Origin: Eledone cirrhosa
Lineage: Eukaryota
Assembly (NCBI GenBank): GCA_964016885.1
Contig: OZ024742.1
Coordinates: forward strand, 289,168,001 to 289,232,000
Direction of reading: 5' to 3'
DNA: 64,000 nucleotides
The position numbers and the translations under genes were made by a program. This document shows positions 37,314 to 53,210 of the stretch, piece after piece (the stretch's first letter is position 1; every line of letters starts with the position of its first letter). The notes below the pieces were generated by a model, which did no database searches, was not told the DNA's origin, and worked only from the letters and a program-made list of their open reading frames with translations.

Positions 37314-39419
37314 TAGATATATATAGAGAGAGAGAGCGAGAGAGAGAGATACATTTGCTATATATATATATATATAATTTCTAGTATATATATATATATA
37401 TATATACCAGAAATTAGCATAGGTTCCTTATTGTTATGCATGGGAATGTGTTTTGGCATACAGTTCTAAAAGATTTAAATAGTTTTTGCTTTATGTCCTT
37501 ATATATATATGCATGTGTGGCAATTGAAAGGAGACAATGCAGGGTTTGTATGAGTCCTTCAGTCTGGCCTAGCATATTATAAAGTCTCTAGAGCTGGTAC
37601 CATGATAAAAGCTCCTGATACACTGTTTGAAGTGGTTGGTGTTAAGAAGGGCATCCAGCTATAAAAAGCATGCCAAATATTGAGTGTATGAGCAAATGAA
37701 GTCTCTCTGACTTTTCTAGCTTTGGACTTTGACCACCTATCCAATACATGGATGGCAAACATAAAATGATGATATTGATACAATCCACTCCACTTTCATC
37801 CCATCATAAATAAACATGTTGTCCTTGTGTTAAATATGGAGGCCAACAAAATCTTCCCAAGGGTAGTGAAAAAGATGTCAGAAAGTTTTATAAACGAAGC
37901 CATATACCATAGCCTGCTGAGATCTTAATCAACTAAAACACCAACTAATTTACATGATCTTCCTACTTATTAATACTTTACTAATTATCATTTCATTTTT
38001 TCTTAATTAAAAAAAAAAACAGTTCCGTTGTTTTTAAAGTACATCTACTCTTCTACCATTTTAGAATTTATTCTATTTCATTTTTCAGTTTAACAATGGA
38101 AAAAAACCAATCAGCCTCCCAACATTATCACAATTAGTGGTAGAACAGAGAGAAAGGAACTGCCAGGCATGTCATAATGATTGAATTCAGGGAACTGAAG
38201 CTGAATACAAAAATAAAAAGAACAGATAACTTACTTGATAGTTAAGTAGAGAAAATCCTCATCATCACCGTTTCACTAACATGGGTAAAACGAGTTGTCC
38301 CGTTGTGAGACAAGTCAGATCAAGTAACCATGTCTTGTTCATACAAAACTGATTTTGGTTTGGTTTCTATGGCTGGATGCCCTTGCAGTATAGGTTGGGT
38401 GCTTTTTGTTGTGGCCCCTAGACTACCACATTACTGTGTGGACTGGGTGCTTTTTGTCATAACACCTACATGACCACTTTTTAGTGTGGGATTGGGACTT
38501 GGGTGTGGGAGGTGAGTGAGGATGAAAGAGGTAGATCTACGGATGGGGGGAGGGGGGGGGGGCTTTATCAGGTGAGAGGAAAGAAAATAACAGAATACAT
38601 ACATTTATATATATAAGTAAAAATCCAACCAAGAGAGAATTTATATTTCATTAGTGTAACAAAGAAAAAATTATAGATAGTCATAATTTAAAAAAATTGT
38701 GATCATTTAGTAAAAAAACAATATATGGAAGTAAATACATTTACAAGTAACCATATTAGTAATATAGAAAAGATAATGAAATAAAAGAAAAGAATATATA
38801 CTTACATAATTTAATTTTCAATCCAAAGGAATCTTCAGAAACATCAAAATATATAAATCTACATAAAATTGACACATTCAAAAAAGTTGATCTCTCAACT
38901 TATATGAGTAGATAAGGGAGTTTACACTTTGTGTTGGTTAAATCATATTTGGGGAATGATTATGTAAACGTTAGTGGAAGAACAGCTTAGCAAATATTTT
39001 TCTCAATGTGATTAATAAATTCCTGTGATATAATATTCTTGATGTTAAATCCTTTAGTATGGTACAGATTCCAAGAATTCTCAGAGTAAATTAATATAAA
39101 TTATTATAGGAAAAACTGTTTTTCCTAATATTATAATATATACAATATATATAATTAAAAATAGTTTTCTGAAGAACAGAAGGAACTAATATATATATAT
39201 AGTGTAGTGTAATTTGGTAAAGACTATCCAAAATTGGGAGGGCATTCAAATATGTGGGACATAGTATACATATATTTATGACACTGAGAACAAATGTTTC
39301 TTTGGTTACCTATTTCAGGCCCCAAATCTTCAGCCTGTATTGACACCATTTTGTAATGGGTGTATTCTTTCTCTTCAACTCTGAAAGAGTTTCAAAAGAG
39401 GAAGTAGACAGAGAGAGGG

Positions 39420-39812
39420 GATTTAGATATAGAGGCACATGGCTTAGTGGTTAGAGGTGATTTAGATATGGAGGCACATGGCTTAGTGGTTAGAGCATTG
39501 GCCTTGCAATCGAAAGGTTGTGAGTTCAATTCTCAGACCGGGTGATGTGTTGTTTCCTTGAGCAAGACACTTTATTTCACATTGCTCCAGTTTACTCAGC
39601 TGTAGAAATGAGATGATAGGGACTGGGGTCCCTATCATTCCACTGTAAAGTGGTCGTGGAGGTGCCACGGCAAAAAAGCACCCAGCACTCACTGTAAATG
39701 AGGTTGGTGTTAGGAAGGGCATCCAGCTGTAGAAATCAAGCCAGAATGAGTTCCCGTCCCACCCTTGCAAGCAGGGAAAAGTGGACGTAAAATGAAATGA
39801 TGATGAATGATG
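39420..39812 (+). mobile_element. Full-length CORE-SINE (from 39470) with a tandem duplication of its 5' junction
   Basis: Near-identical to 7368-7708; gatttagatat+gaggcacatggcttagtggttagag occurs twice. Confidence 0.88.
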
Positions 39813-39989
39813 AGAGTGGTAAAAGAAAAGTAAGCGGGGTAATTTGGTAGTTAAAAAATAGTCTATGGAAAAGAAAATATGATAAAATAAAGAGAGCTAA
39901 CTATTGTAGAGTCTGTGTAGGAATTCTTATGGAAGAAAATATTGCGGATTAAGTCTAGGAGATCTGTTTAAAAAAAAGATGGTTTACAA

Positions 39990-40400
39990 TCCCCTTTTCC
40001 CCAAATTTTAAGACTAATGTAGAAAAGAAATTCTTAGCTCTTACAGATAAACATTTCCTGGTAGGCACATACAAACAGATTTTTAACAGACGCACCACTA
40101 AAAATGGTTATTCTTGTGCCAAGAATGTAAAAACCTATATCACCAATAAATTCATGAGCTCCCTCACATCAGGTTTTTCATGCAGAAGGCCAGAGACATA
40201 CCTGCTAGATCAGGTTTGTAATGCATTCACTGTGATATATGGGATCAAGGTCACCTCAATCCAGCCAAACAAATAACAAACAGAACCTATATGGAAATGT
40301 TGGAAGGTTAATTTAAAAAAAAAATCACTTCTTAAACCATGAGATGAACTTCAGATATCTGGAAAAAAGATCAAGCACTAAACTTACAAGTTATTTATGG
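39990..40400 (+). mobile_element. Degenerate Penelope-like ORF fragment (RT C-terminus / linker / endonuclease)
   Basis: FLALTDKHF..TYKQIFNRRTTKNGYSCAKNVKTYIT resembles the PLE motif FLxLIDKHF...KIFNRNTxKVSYSCxxN. Confidence 0.62.
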
Positions 40401-41614
40401 ACCTTAATCCTTAAGCATTTAAACCGGCCATATCTGACCAGAATTCTCTCACCTCTTTTTGTTCAAACTTGCTGTAACTGGCTGCTCACACTGATGTTAA
40501 GGTATTATTCTGAAAATAAATAACATCAAAATCTCATAGATTCGATATTATGTGAGATAATTATGTGAGGTAAAGCCTTTACTATGAAAATACAATAGTA
40601 TCATCATCATCACCGTTTTATGTCTATTCTTCCATGCTAGCATGGGTTAGACAGGTTGTCCTATTTTGGGACGTGCCTGGTCGGCTGACCTTGTGTTGTT
40701 CATACGGGAACTCATTCTGGCTTGATTTCTACAGCTGGATGCCCTTCCTAACACCAACCTCATTTACAGTGAGTGCTGGGTGTTTTTTTGCCGTGGCACC
40801 TACACGACCACTTTCCAGTGGGAGGGGGAGGGGCATATTGTCTATATGCTTCAGCTTCGGCTTGTAGTAAATGTTAAAGGGTTAAAGACAGTGGCATAAA
40901 TTTCTCCATTATGACCCTTTGCAAATGGCTTGAGGATGTGACTATTGTGTATGACAGAAAGATGGAGGATTCTAAAAAGGCTACACAACTCTACCAACTG
41001 TCTGAACATGAGGACAGATTTCTTTAATCGCTGTTCCCGCATCCTCAAAATCATTCTAAAAAACTGGTAAGATCTGCCTTTGCCAGATTAAAGGAACTCT
41101 ACTACTATGGATCCCAGTCACTTCCATAGAGGGAAAGACAGATAGCTAGATAGAGAGAGAGGGGGTGAGAGGGAGAGAGAGAAAGAAAAAATCATCCTTG
41201 GTACTAGATTGATACTTTATTTATCAATCTCAAAAGGATCAAAGGTAAAGTTGTCCTCAGCAAGATTTGAGTACAGCAAGCCAGAACAACAACAACAAAA
41301 AAACAAAAAAAACAAAACAAAACAACCGAGGCATTTTTAATCTGATGCCCTAATAGCTCTGATAATTTTCGTTCTAGAAGGTTAAAAAACTTGAAACCAT
41401 TTGTGAGAGCCAAGAAGTTGAGAATGTTTAGAAGTAAATAAATAAATGTACTTAGAGAATAGCCAGACAAATGTTTATGTCCGAAGGTAGATAAGTACAA
41501 AACGAAAATGTTGTCAAACTCTGGACAAAAGACCTCCTTTTATGTCTTCCACAGTTCTTTCTTTCTTCCTTCCTTCCATTCTTCATTCATTACTTTTCTT
41601 TTCACTATTTTCTT

Positions 41615-41672
<58 letters not shown>

Positions 41673-41780
41673 CCTCTCTCTTACCTTCAACTTCTATCTA
41701 TCTCTCACCCCTCTCACAGACAATGACAAAATACTTTAAGTCTCAATTCCCCAATTAGCTTAATGTTCCACCAGCTTGCA

Positions 41781-41845
<65 letters not shown>

Positions 41846-44699
41846 ATCTATTTCTCTTCCTCCCCCATGCAGCTTCTCCTTTACCCTTTACTCTCTCTTT
41901 ATCTATAGTTCCATCTATCTATCACTCACCTTCTAGCTATCAACCTCTCTCCCTCTCCCTCTTTCTCTATCTCTCTGTCACCCTCACTATGTATCTATCT
42001 CCCCCTCCCAGCCCCCTCTCTCTCTCTTCTCTCATCTTTTCTACTGCAGTCCAGTAAGCAGAGGACAAGGAAGAGGAAAGTGTTGTTGTTGTTATTATTG
42101 TTTGATATTGTTGTTGTTTTGTTGCAATGTTGGCCCATTGACAGAGATTGTGTTCAGACAACCTGTATATTGTAGTAGAGAGAGACACAAAACACAACAG
42201 CAGAGGTGGGATACGAACTTGTGACTTGCGACAGTCCAACTTGAGAAGGAAAGACACCTTATCTCCCCATCTATTGCAACTCTACAAAACACACACACAC
42301 ATACATACACACAAGCACACACACATACACACACAAAAGAAAAAGAAAGATATTTCATCAATATGAAAGAAAGATTTTTTGCTGAAATCATCTAACGACC
42401 ATTGAGAGAGAGACACCAAGAGAGAGAGGGAGAGACACACACATAGATAAGGAAAGGAAAGACACAGACAGAGGTTGAGACATTGAGAACATCAGATACA
42501 AGCTGTGGTGTTGTAAACTAGAGGGCTTTGAAAACAGTTACCCTGGCAGATAAACCAGCAATTGCCAATAGGGAGAAGAGGCGAAGGATGAGAAAGAAAA
42601 GGGCCAAGGATAGAGAAAAGAAAAGAAGAAGAGAAAGAAAAGTTGAAGTGGAGAGAATACGACAAAATGAGAGGCTTCGAGAGAGAGATTATTTTCGGAA
42701 AAAGGAGGAAGAACGAATCAAAGAGAACAGCAAAGACGGTGTTGTAGCTTCTAATAGGGGTGGGGGAGTTTGTTGTGTGTGCCTGTAACTGGTGTGGAGT
42801 TTGTTGTGTCTGTCTGTAAACTGGTGTTGCTATCAACAGTAGTACGAAGGAAAAATAACTGAAAAGACCATATTGTAGCTTCTAACAGAAGTAGTGAAGT
42901 TTGTTAAGTTTGTCTATAAACTGGGGTTACTACCAATACTACCAACATCTAGGCAAATATATCGGAGACCATAAAAGGAACGCAAGGAACAAAAAACCAA
43001 TAGGATTGTGGAATAGCTGTTGTGTCTGTCTATAACTGGCAATATCATTACCATTGACATTTTGGAAAATACACTGAAGAGCAGATCACTTCAAAACAAG
43101 GTAAGGAAACATGTAATTGTGTGTGTGAGAAGGGAGGCAGTAGTACTGGGTTTACATGTGGGTTAAGTGGTCTGTAAAAAAATCTAGAGTGCCCCATTCC
43201 ATTTTTAAAATATACTAAAATATGAAACAACATTTTTGTCAAAATTTAGAATAGTATAATTGTAATTAAATACATTTCTTTTTCTTTGGATGCCACTTTG
43301 GTTTTAGAGGTTGGCATGGATCATTATTGGAATCTCAGCATTGTTCTATGTATAGGCCTACATTTAATTTTCATTAAATTTCTTGTAAGTGCATGGCAAA
43401 GTCCCCAAATGTTCTCAAGCCCAGGTCCCCTAGTTGCTTTAATCCAGCCTTGGGAGAGATGGAGTGAAAGGGAAAGAGAGGAGAGAAAAAGGAGAGTAAG
43501 GGCTAGAAATGAATGACAAATTGTAAGCTAGAAAGTGTTTCTCTTGTACTGCTTTTAACATTTGGTAATGGTGTCAATGTTCCACCATTTCTCCTTCCTC
43601 ATAAATATGATGATTACAGATAATCTCACTATCTGTCTATCCGTCTATCTACCTACCTATCTATCCATCTATCTATCTTCCTGTCTGTCTGTTTATCTAT
43701 CAATCTATCTGTTTGTTTGCCTGTTTGTCTATCTATCTAGCTAGCTATCCATTTATCCATCTTTCTGTTTGTGTATCTGTCTATTTCTCTATTTAATAAT
43801 CTATTTGTCCACTTGACTGTTTGTCTGCATGCCTGACTGTGTCAGTTTGTCTGTGTATTTATTTATTTGTTTATTTAACTGTCTATCAATCCAATTATAT
43901 AACTATCTATCTACCTCTTTATTTGCCTGTATGTATGTGTATTTATGTGCCTGCGTGTGTTTATATGTGTGTAGGCACACACATTCACACACATATATAT
44001 ATGTGTATTTTTTGTATTGTGTTGTGTATGTGCATATATAAACACATGCACACACACACACACACTCCCTCTAAACACATATAACTACTAAAACTGAAGC
44101 TCTAACTTATATTTGAGTATGACTTTGTAGCATGTAAACTAAACTCATTGCCTACTCTTGCTTTACTGACAACTCCACTGTACATAGCTTGCACTGCTAT
44201 CACAGGCCCCCAATCTACCCTGTACATGTGTGGGTGCGTATATAAATATAAATATCATCATCATCATAGTTTTAACATCCACTTTCCCTGCTAGCAAGGG
44301 TTGGATGGATCTACATAAACCAAGTCAGTACTGAAGCAGTGGCTACTGATTTCCCAGACAAGCCAGGTATCTGTTGTCTCACTTATGTAAGGTCCCATGT
44401 TCTACCGAGTGCACAGGGGAGGTTGTCATGTCTTTGACACGACTGAAGGGTCCTCCCAACACTTTGTTTGACAAGTTTTGTATCGTTGGATGCTCTTCCT
44501 ACCACCAACAAATTTACAGCATGTACTGAGTGCATTTATCATGTAAATAACCAGCACTAGGGAGGCTGTCATGCCTTGACAAAACTAAAGGGTCTTCTTG
44601 ACCTTTGTTTGGCAAGTTTTTAATGGTTGCATGCCCTTCCTATCACCAATCACTTTACAGCATGTACTCGGTGTACATATGTAGATACATAATTATCAT

Positions 44700-46390
44700 T
44701 TTACATCTGTTTCTCTATGCTTATAAGGGTTGAAAAATTGATGGAGTTGCTTTTCGATATGACATTGAGCTTTACCATAGTAGAAGTGGCCAGGGCAAGT
44801 CTTGTCAGTATCTCCTTTTGAAATCTGCTATCTTTGGTTACAGTGGATGGTAGGTACTTGAAGGTGTCCACATCTTCAAGTCTTCCTCTGTTCAGCATGA
44901 TGTTGGTTGCTATATTCTAATTATTACTATTAACCAGAATCTTGCTCTTTTCTGAGCTGATCTCCATTCCATATGCCCCTGATACTTTTTCCAGTCAGGT
45001 AGTGAGCTCTTGGAGTTCTGCTTCACTGCTTCCTAACAGGTCAATGTCATCAGCAAATCGCGGGTTGGAAATGGGCAGAGGTGTGGAAGTCCTGGAGAGT
45101 CTCTTGCATGATGTTTTCCAGTAAGATGTTGAAAATCACTGAAGAAAGGAGACACCTTTGTTGAAATCCCACTGTTGTTCTGAAGAATTCTCCAATGTTG
45201 TTATTCAGGAGAACTGCACTGCTTGAGTTGTCATATAGTACTTTAATTACTTGAATGAGGTTGATGTCAAAATTGTAACCCTTCATCACCTTCCATAAAC
45301 TCTCATGCCAAACACGGTCAAAGGCTTTTTTAAAGTTGATGAAGATATGATAGAGGTCAGATTGGTGCTGTAGGTGTTTCTCAGTAAGAAGCCTGATGTA
45401 AAATATTTGCTCTGTTGTACTTTTTGGGGAGCCTGGATTCTGCCTGTTCTTCTGCCTTTCCCTTAACACTATAGCCTTTACATTAATTTATATTTATTAC
45501 TGTATTTTCACGGTAAAGGCTTTATCTCACATAATATTGAATCTATGACATTTTGATATTTATTTTGAGAACAATACCTTAACATCACTATGAATGGCTG
45601 GTTGCGGCCAGTTTGAACAGAAAGAATTCTGGCTGGATACAGCTGATTTGAAAGCTAAAGGGTTAAGTCTGTTTAGAAACACTCTTAGCAGTACTTGGCT
45701 GGGGTGGCTAATTAGGCTAATAGTTCTGTAGTTCTGGCAGAGTCTTAATTTCCTTTTTGGGGAATGGGTATCATTAGTTATTGGGTCCACTTCTTTGTTT
45801 CCCATATCTTCTGACAGGTAATTGATAAGTTTTGGCCCTCCATGCCTTTAGGAGCTCTGATGGAATGTTATTGACTCAAGGGGTTTACCATCTTTGAGCA
45901 TGTACACTGCCTCTTCAACTTCCTCCTGGAGATTTGGAGTATCTTCAATTTCATTGTTCTTATTGGTAGAATTGTCCTAGATGTTGATGTCATGTCTGTG
46001 TTTGTGGTTATAAAGGTCTTCACAATATTCAGACCATCTTTTGATGACATCAGCCTCGTCTGTGAGGAGGAAGCCAGTTTTGTCCTCAATGGCAGTGGTG
46101 GTGTGTTGCTTTCTTTTTATTAGCATTTTGAGGGTTTCATAAGCAGCCTTGTTGTTGCCCCCCCTTTTTTTAAAATTCCAGTTTCGATGTTTTTACACTG
46201 GTCTGATATCCACTTCTCTTTGGGTTCCCTCATTTTCTTCTCGACCTTCCAATTCACAGTATTTTATTGTTGTTAAATCACAGGGGTCCACGGGGACCCA
46301 TGGTTTATTTTTCCTTTCCTGTCTTCCCGACACTTCCTAAGCTGTTTCATGAAGTACTTCCTTGATGTTGTCGGTTAAAGAGTTAATAAA
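44700..46390 (-). mobile_element. Old RTE LINE RT fragments interrupted by a MITE at ~45470-45666
   Basis: CQNYRTISLISHPSQVLLRV; STTEQIFYIRLLTEKHLQHQ..FINFKKAFDRVWH; RLEDVDTFKYL. Confidence 0.8.
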
Positions 46391-46774
46391 CCTGTCACTT
46401 ACGTTCGTCGTAACATATATACAAGGTGTCCTCCAAAAGTGTATACACACTTCAACAGCATTCTAATCAAAGTGTGAATACATTTTGGGGACACACACAC
46501 ATACATATATACATACATACTCATATATGTACATACATATACATAACAGTCGATCGACAAGATCCCATACTTCATTCGCTTAACGAATGTTTCCATTGGT
46601 CTTTTTACCGGTCGCCAAACCAGTGAAATAAAGTGTTTTGCTCAAGGACATAACGCATCGCCCGGACCCGAAATCGAAATCACAACCATTCAGCCACGCG
46701 CCTTAACACACACACACCTATATATATATCTGTACGAGAGCGCGCGCGCGCGCGCATATATATATATATATATA

Positions 46775-47203
46775 TAATATAAGATCAAAAGATGGTTAAA
46801 GGAGTTCCATATATTTTATTATGCGCATTTCAAAAACAAACATCATCAAGCAATAATATTTGTGTTTTCATCAGATAAAACAGGAGAACATGATATGAAG
46901 GCTAAAAAACACTTGTGGATAGTGCAGTTTTAAATCAACATATATCTGATATATGTTGATTTAAAACTGCACTATCCACAAGTGTTTTTTAGCCTTCATA
47001 TCATGTTCTCCTGTTTTATCTGATGAAAACACAAATATTATTGCTTGATGATGTTTGTTTTTGAAATGCGCATAATAAAATATATAGAACTCCTTTAACC
47101 ATCTTTTGATCTTATATTATGCATACTCCAGTCCCACAAACTGTAGAGTGCTTCTTATCCGATATCTGCATTGCTTTATTGTACTACAATAAAACTCACC
47201 TCC

Positions 47204-47207
<4 letters not shown>
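46775..47207. mobile_element. PLE-type fold-back element: ~172-bp arms around a 1-nt centre at 46947, plus an unpaired ~87-bp tail
   Basis: Arms are reverse complements with about one mismatch; each carries an HHR; (TA)n on both sides. Confidence 0.85.
47014..47080 (+). ncRNA. Type I hammerhead ribozyme (mirror copy on the minus strand at 46814-46880)
   Basis: ttttat CUGAUGA aaacacaaatattatt-gctt-gatgatgtttgttttt GAAA tgcgca UA ataaaa. Confidence 0.88.
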
Positions 47208-47254
<47 letters not shown>

Positions 47255-47703
47255 GCGCGCGCGCTCTCGTACAGAGACATGTCATCTACATTGACAGCTG
47301 AACTGACACTTGCAGTGAATGTGAAACACAAATCTGGCAGCAAACATATAGACACATAGTAAAAGGAGGGAAAAACACAACACATATATCATATACACAT
47401 ATCACACACGCATAGCCACATAACACACGCACAGACATATCACCCATACATAGCAGGCAGGCAGTTAGACAGACAGATAGTAAAAGGACAGAAACACACA
47501 CATCACACTAACACACATGCATACACAAACACATCACATACGCACAACATATCACACACACATACATAACAAACCAAACCGATTCCACTGGGTTTTATAT
47601 GTGAGAGGAGTCTCCAAGCCACCCCACCCACTCCTTCCTTCTTTCAACTGCATCACCACTCCTCTCTACTCCATTCCTCTCACCACTGTAGAACCATCAC
47701 AAG

Positions 47704-47962
47704 ATGGCGTCTAGTGTGTGGAATTCACTAACCTGCAATAACTTGTTCGTGGCTTTCGCTGCTGTGACTGGTTTTGTTGAGAAGAAAGAGGGTCAGAATG
47801 TGGATTATGTATTTGTAGTGGAGGTTCTTTGGTCTGATGGCCGGACAACATATGTTAAACGGACTTACAACGACTTCGAAGCGCTACAACGCGACTTGGA
47901 AACATTCGTTAAAACTGAAAAACACACGTTTGAAGGTTCGAACCCTTTTCCTCGTTTAGAAG
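47704..47962 (+). CDS. First coding exon of a PX-domain protein (p47phox/NOXO1/SH3PXD2-like)
   Basis: aagATGGCG start; VTGFVEKK...YVFVVEVLWSDGRTTYVKRTYNDFEALQRDL...PFPRLE typical of the PX N-terminal half; donor AAG|GTAAAT at 47962/47963; no downstream exon recognised in the window. Confidence 0.8.
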
Positions 47963-48733
47963 GTAAATATCGTTTGCTTCTTCACCTTGACTTATCCAAA
48001 ATTCTACATAGATGATGGATCCGTGGGCCCTTCACACATATCTCTGTTATTATAACCATTTTTCTGTCTTTAACCCTTTCTTACCCTATGATATCTATCT
48101 ATCAAGACACTGCCAAGGCCAGAATAAGCTGCCATTGAGGCCGCTGGCTGAAAATTTCATCGAAGCTCTTACGTATTATTTATCATAGAAAAAAGAAAAA
48201 TTGAGGGCTGTTTAAATACTGTGGGGCCCTGGCTACAGCCCAGTCACCCCTCCCCCAAGTCACGGGCACGTGTAACCACAATTAATTGATGTCATGAAAC
48301 TTTCTATTTTTCACTTTTATTCAAAATTATGTCACTAAATGCTCGCTCTCGTTTCTTCTTCCTACTTGTTGCTTCTATTGAAGACATTCGTTGCTGTTCA
48401 TATGTATGTATTTATATATACTCTTTTACACTTTTCAAACAGCAGACTGCGGCAAGGCTGGGGCACCACATTGATTTAGTTGATCATATTGATTCCAGTA
48501 CTTATTTTTTCAAGCTTGATACATATTTTATCGAACCGCTAAGCTACTGGATTTAAACATAGACAGACACACATATATACGACGTGCTTCTGCAGTTTCC
48601 GCCTATTAAATCCCATTAACAAGGCATTGGTGAAACCGAAGCTACACTTGCCCAAGATACCGCGAAGCCGAATTGAACCCAATGTTATACAATAATTAAC
48701 ACATATTCTTAGTGTGTACGTCTCTCTCTCTCC

Positions 48734-48774
<41 letters not shown>

Positions 48775-48775
<1 letters not shown>

Positions 48776-48967
48776 CGAAGGAAATGTGGTAAGGAACCAG
48801 GTGGACCATAACGCACCAAAGTACTCAATACTTGGGGTAGTAGAGTGGGTAATAGGAACCAGTAAGACCCCAACGGCTGAGCTCAAGCCGTTTCGACGGC
48901 TAATTCGTCCAGAATTAGCCGTCGAAACGGCTTGAGCTCAGCCGTTGGGGGTCTTACTAGTTCCTAT
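48775..48967. mobile_element. Small fold-back element (55-bp arms, 5-nt loop, left tail) carrying the 3' half of an HHR
   Basis: Arms 48852-48906 / 48912-48967; gacggctaattc-gtcca-gaattagccgtc GAAA cggcttgagctcagccg UU ggggg. Confidence 0.7.
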
Positions 48968-49602
48968 ATATATATATATATATATAAAGGGAGAGATGAT
49001 ATATATTTTATTTATCTAATAATTCTATAGACGTGATTTATGATATATATATATATATATATATATCGAAGAAAGGGGCATATATCATAAGAGTAGAAGA
49101 GAAAGAACTATGATATAATATATTAGATGCCTATAGCTGAAGCGAAGTGTGCTCAATGCTTAGAGATGCAATATATATAGACCTGTTATATTGTAATTGT
49201 ACTTTAGATGAAACACTGTGCAAGGAGTAAATCTTCTTTTTAAATGTATTGCCTTCTTCCCTATTTATTTTTGATTATATATATATGTGTGTCTGTGTGT
49301 GTATAAATCTTATACAACATTATTTGTTTACTATATATATATATGACTGTAGCTCCAAATACACACACATACATATATATAATACATACGCAATCTTATA
49401 GAACATTGTTCGTTTCAATTGAGGAAGAAATTGTGATATTATAACTCGTTGGTTTGTTTCTGCTATAACTGGTATTTACTAATCAATAAGTAACACACAC
49501 GGGTGTGTATGCGTGTGTGTGTGTTGTTGATTAGTAAATACCACATTTTTACACACACACACACACATATATATATATGAGATATATATATATGTGTATA
49601 TA

Positions 49603-49669
<67 letters not shown>

Positions 49670-49936
49670 AAAGACACCGAGCTATACACAATTATACACC
49701 CAGCTGTTCTGTCTGGATAAAAAAAAACGAAGAAAAGAAAAACAAGAAGACAGCACAAAAGCTAACCTAAATGGAATTGAAGAATTTCTGGTTGCAAAAA
49801 CATCAACAGAAAACCTGTTTATAGTAATTACGTGATGGAGAATATATTTATAGCACAGCTAAACATCTTGGTTTGTTTCTGAAACCATGTTTCGTGAAGC
49901 ACATTCTATATTGTTTTTAAGAAAACTCTTGGCACT

Positions 49937-52506
<2,570 letters not shown>

Positions 52507-53188
52507 GGCGTTGACGAATGGCTTGTGAGGGCTATACAAGCCATGTATAAAGAAACGGTCAGCAAGGTTAGAATTAACAACGAATATAGTGAAGAGTTTA
52601 GCGGAAAAGTTGGCGTCCATCAGGGCTCTGTTCTCAGCCCCCTACTATTTATTATTGCCCTTCAGGCTATAACAGAGGAGTTCAAGACCGAGCTGCATTT
52701 CATCTAGATCAATTCTCTCTCTGATTAGTTGCGCTATTACTTTTTCCGTGACCTTCATGACCTGGTCGATTAATTTAATGCCTCTATAGTTACTCCTATC
52801 TAGGGCATCTCCTTTACCCTTGTAACAGTTAATGATGATGCTGCTACGCCAGTCCTTCGGAACAACCCCATTCTGTATGACTTGGTTTACTATCCGGGTG
52901 ACCATGGTGTGTCCCACCGTTCCAGAGGCTTTCAGCATCTCAGCAACTATTTCCGAAGGCCCAGTCGCCTTACTCGTCTTCATATCTTTGATTGCCTTAC
53001 TTATTATACTACCTTCGACTAACACTGCCGGTCCCTCTAATGGGTCGATCTTTCTCTCATTTATTCTCCTCATTTAGAAGCCTTTCGTAGTGACACTTCC
53101 AAGCTACCTTCTTATCAGCGTCAGTGATGGCAAGTACGCCATCATCATTAAGTACACACTTCTCCCCGACAATATCACGGTTTTCCTT
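52507..53188. mobile_element. Rearranged RTE piece: sense fragment joined to an antisense fragment of the same element
   Basis: 52507-52689 matches ~56502-56684; ~52692-53188 matches the reverse complement of ~55826-56334. Confidence 0.85.
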
Positions 53189-53210
53189 ATATATATATAT
53201 ATATTTATAT

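Noticed and set aside
38800-38845. Minus-strand ctgaaga-ttcctttggatt-gaaa-attaaat-ta
   Set aside because: Core is present but stem II is weak and stem I absent; could be chance in AT-rich DNA
42528-42788. 86-aa R/E/K-rich ORF
   Set aside because: Purine-rich low-complexity sequence with no recognisable domain or splice support
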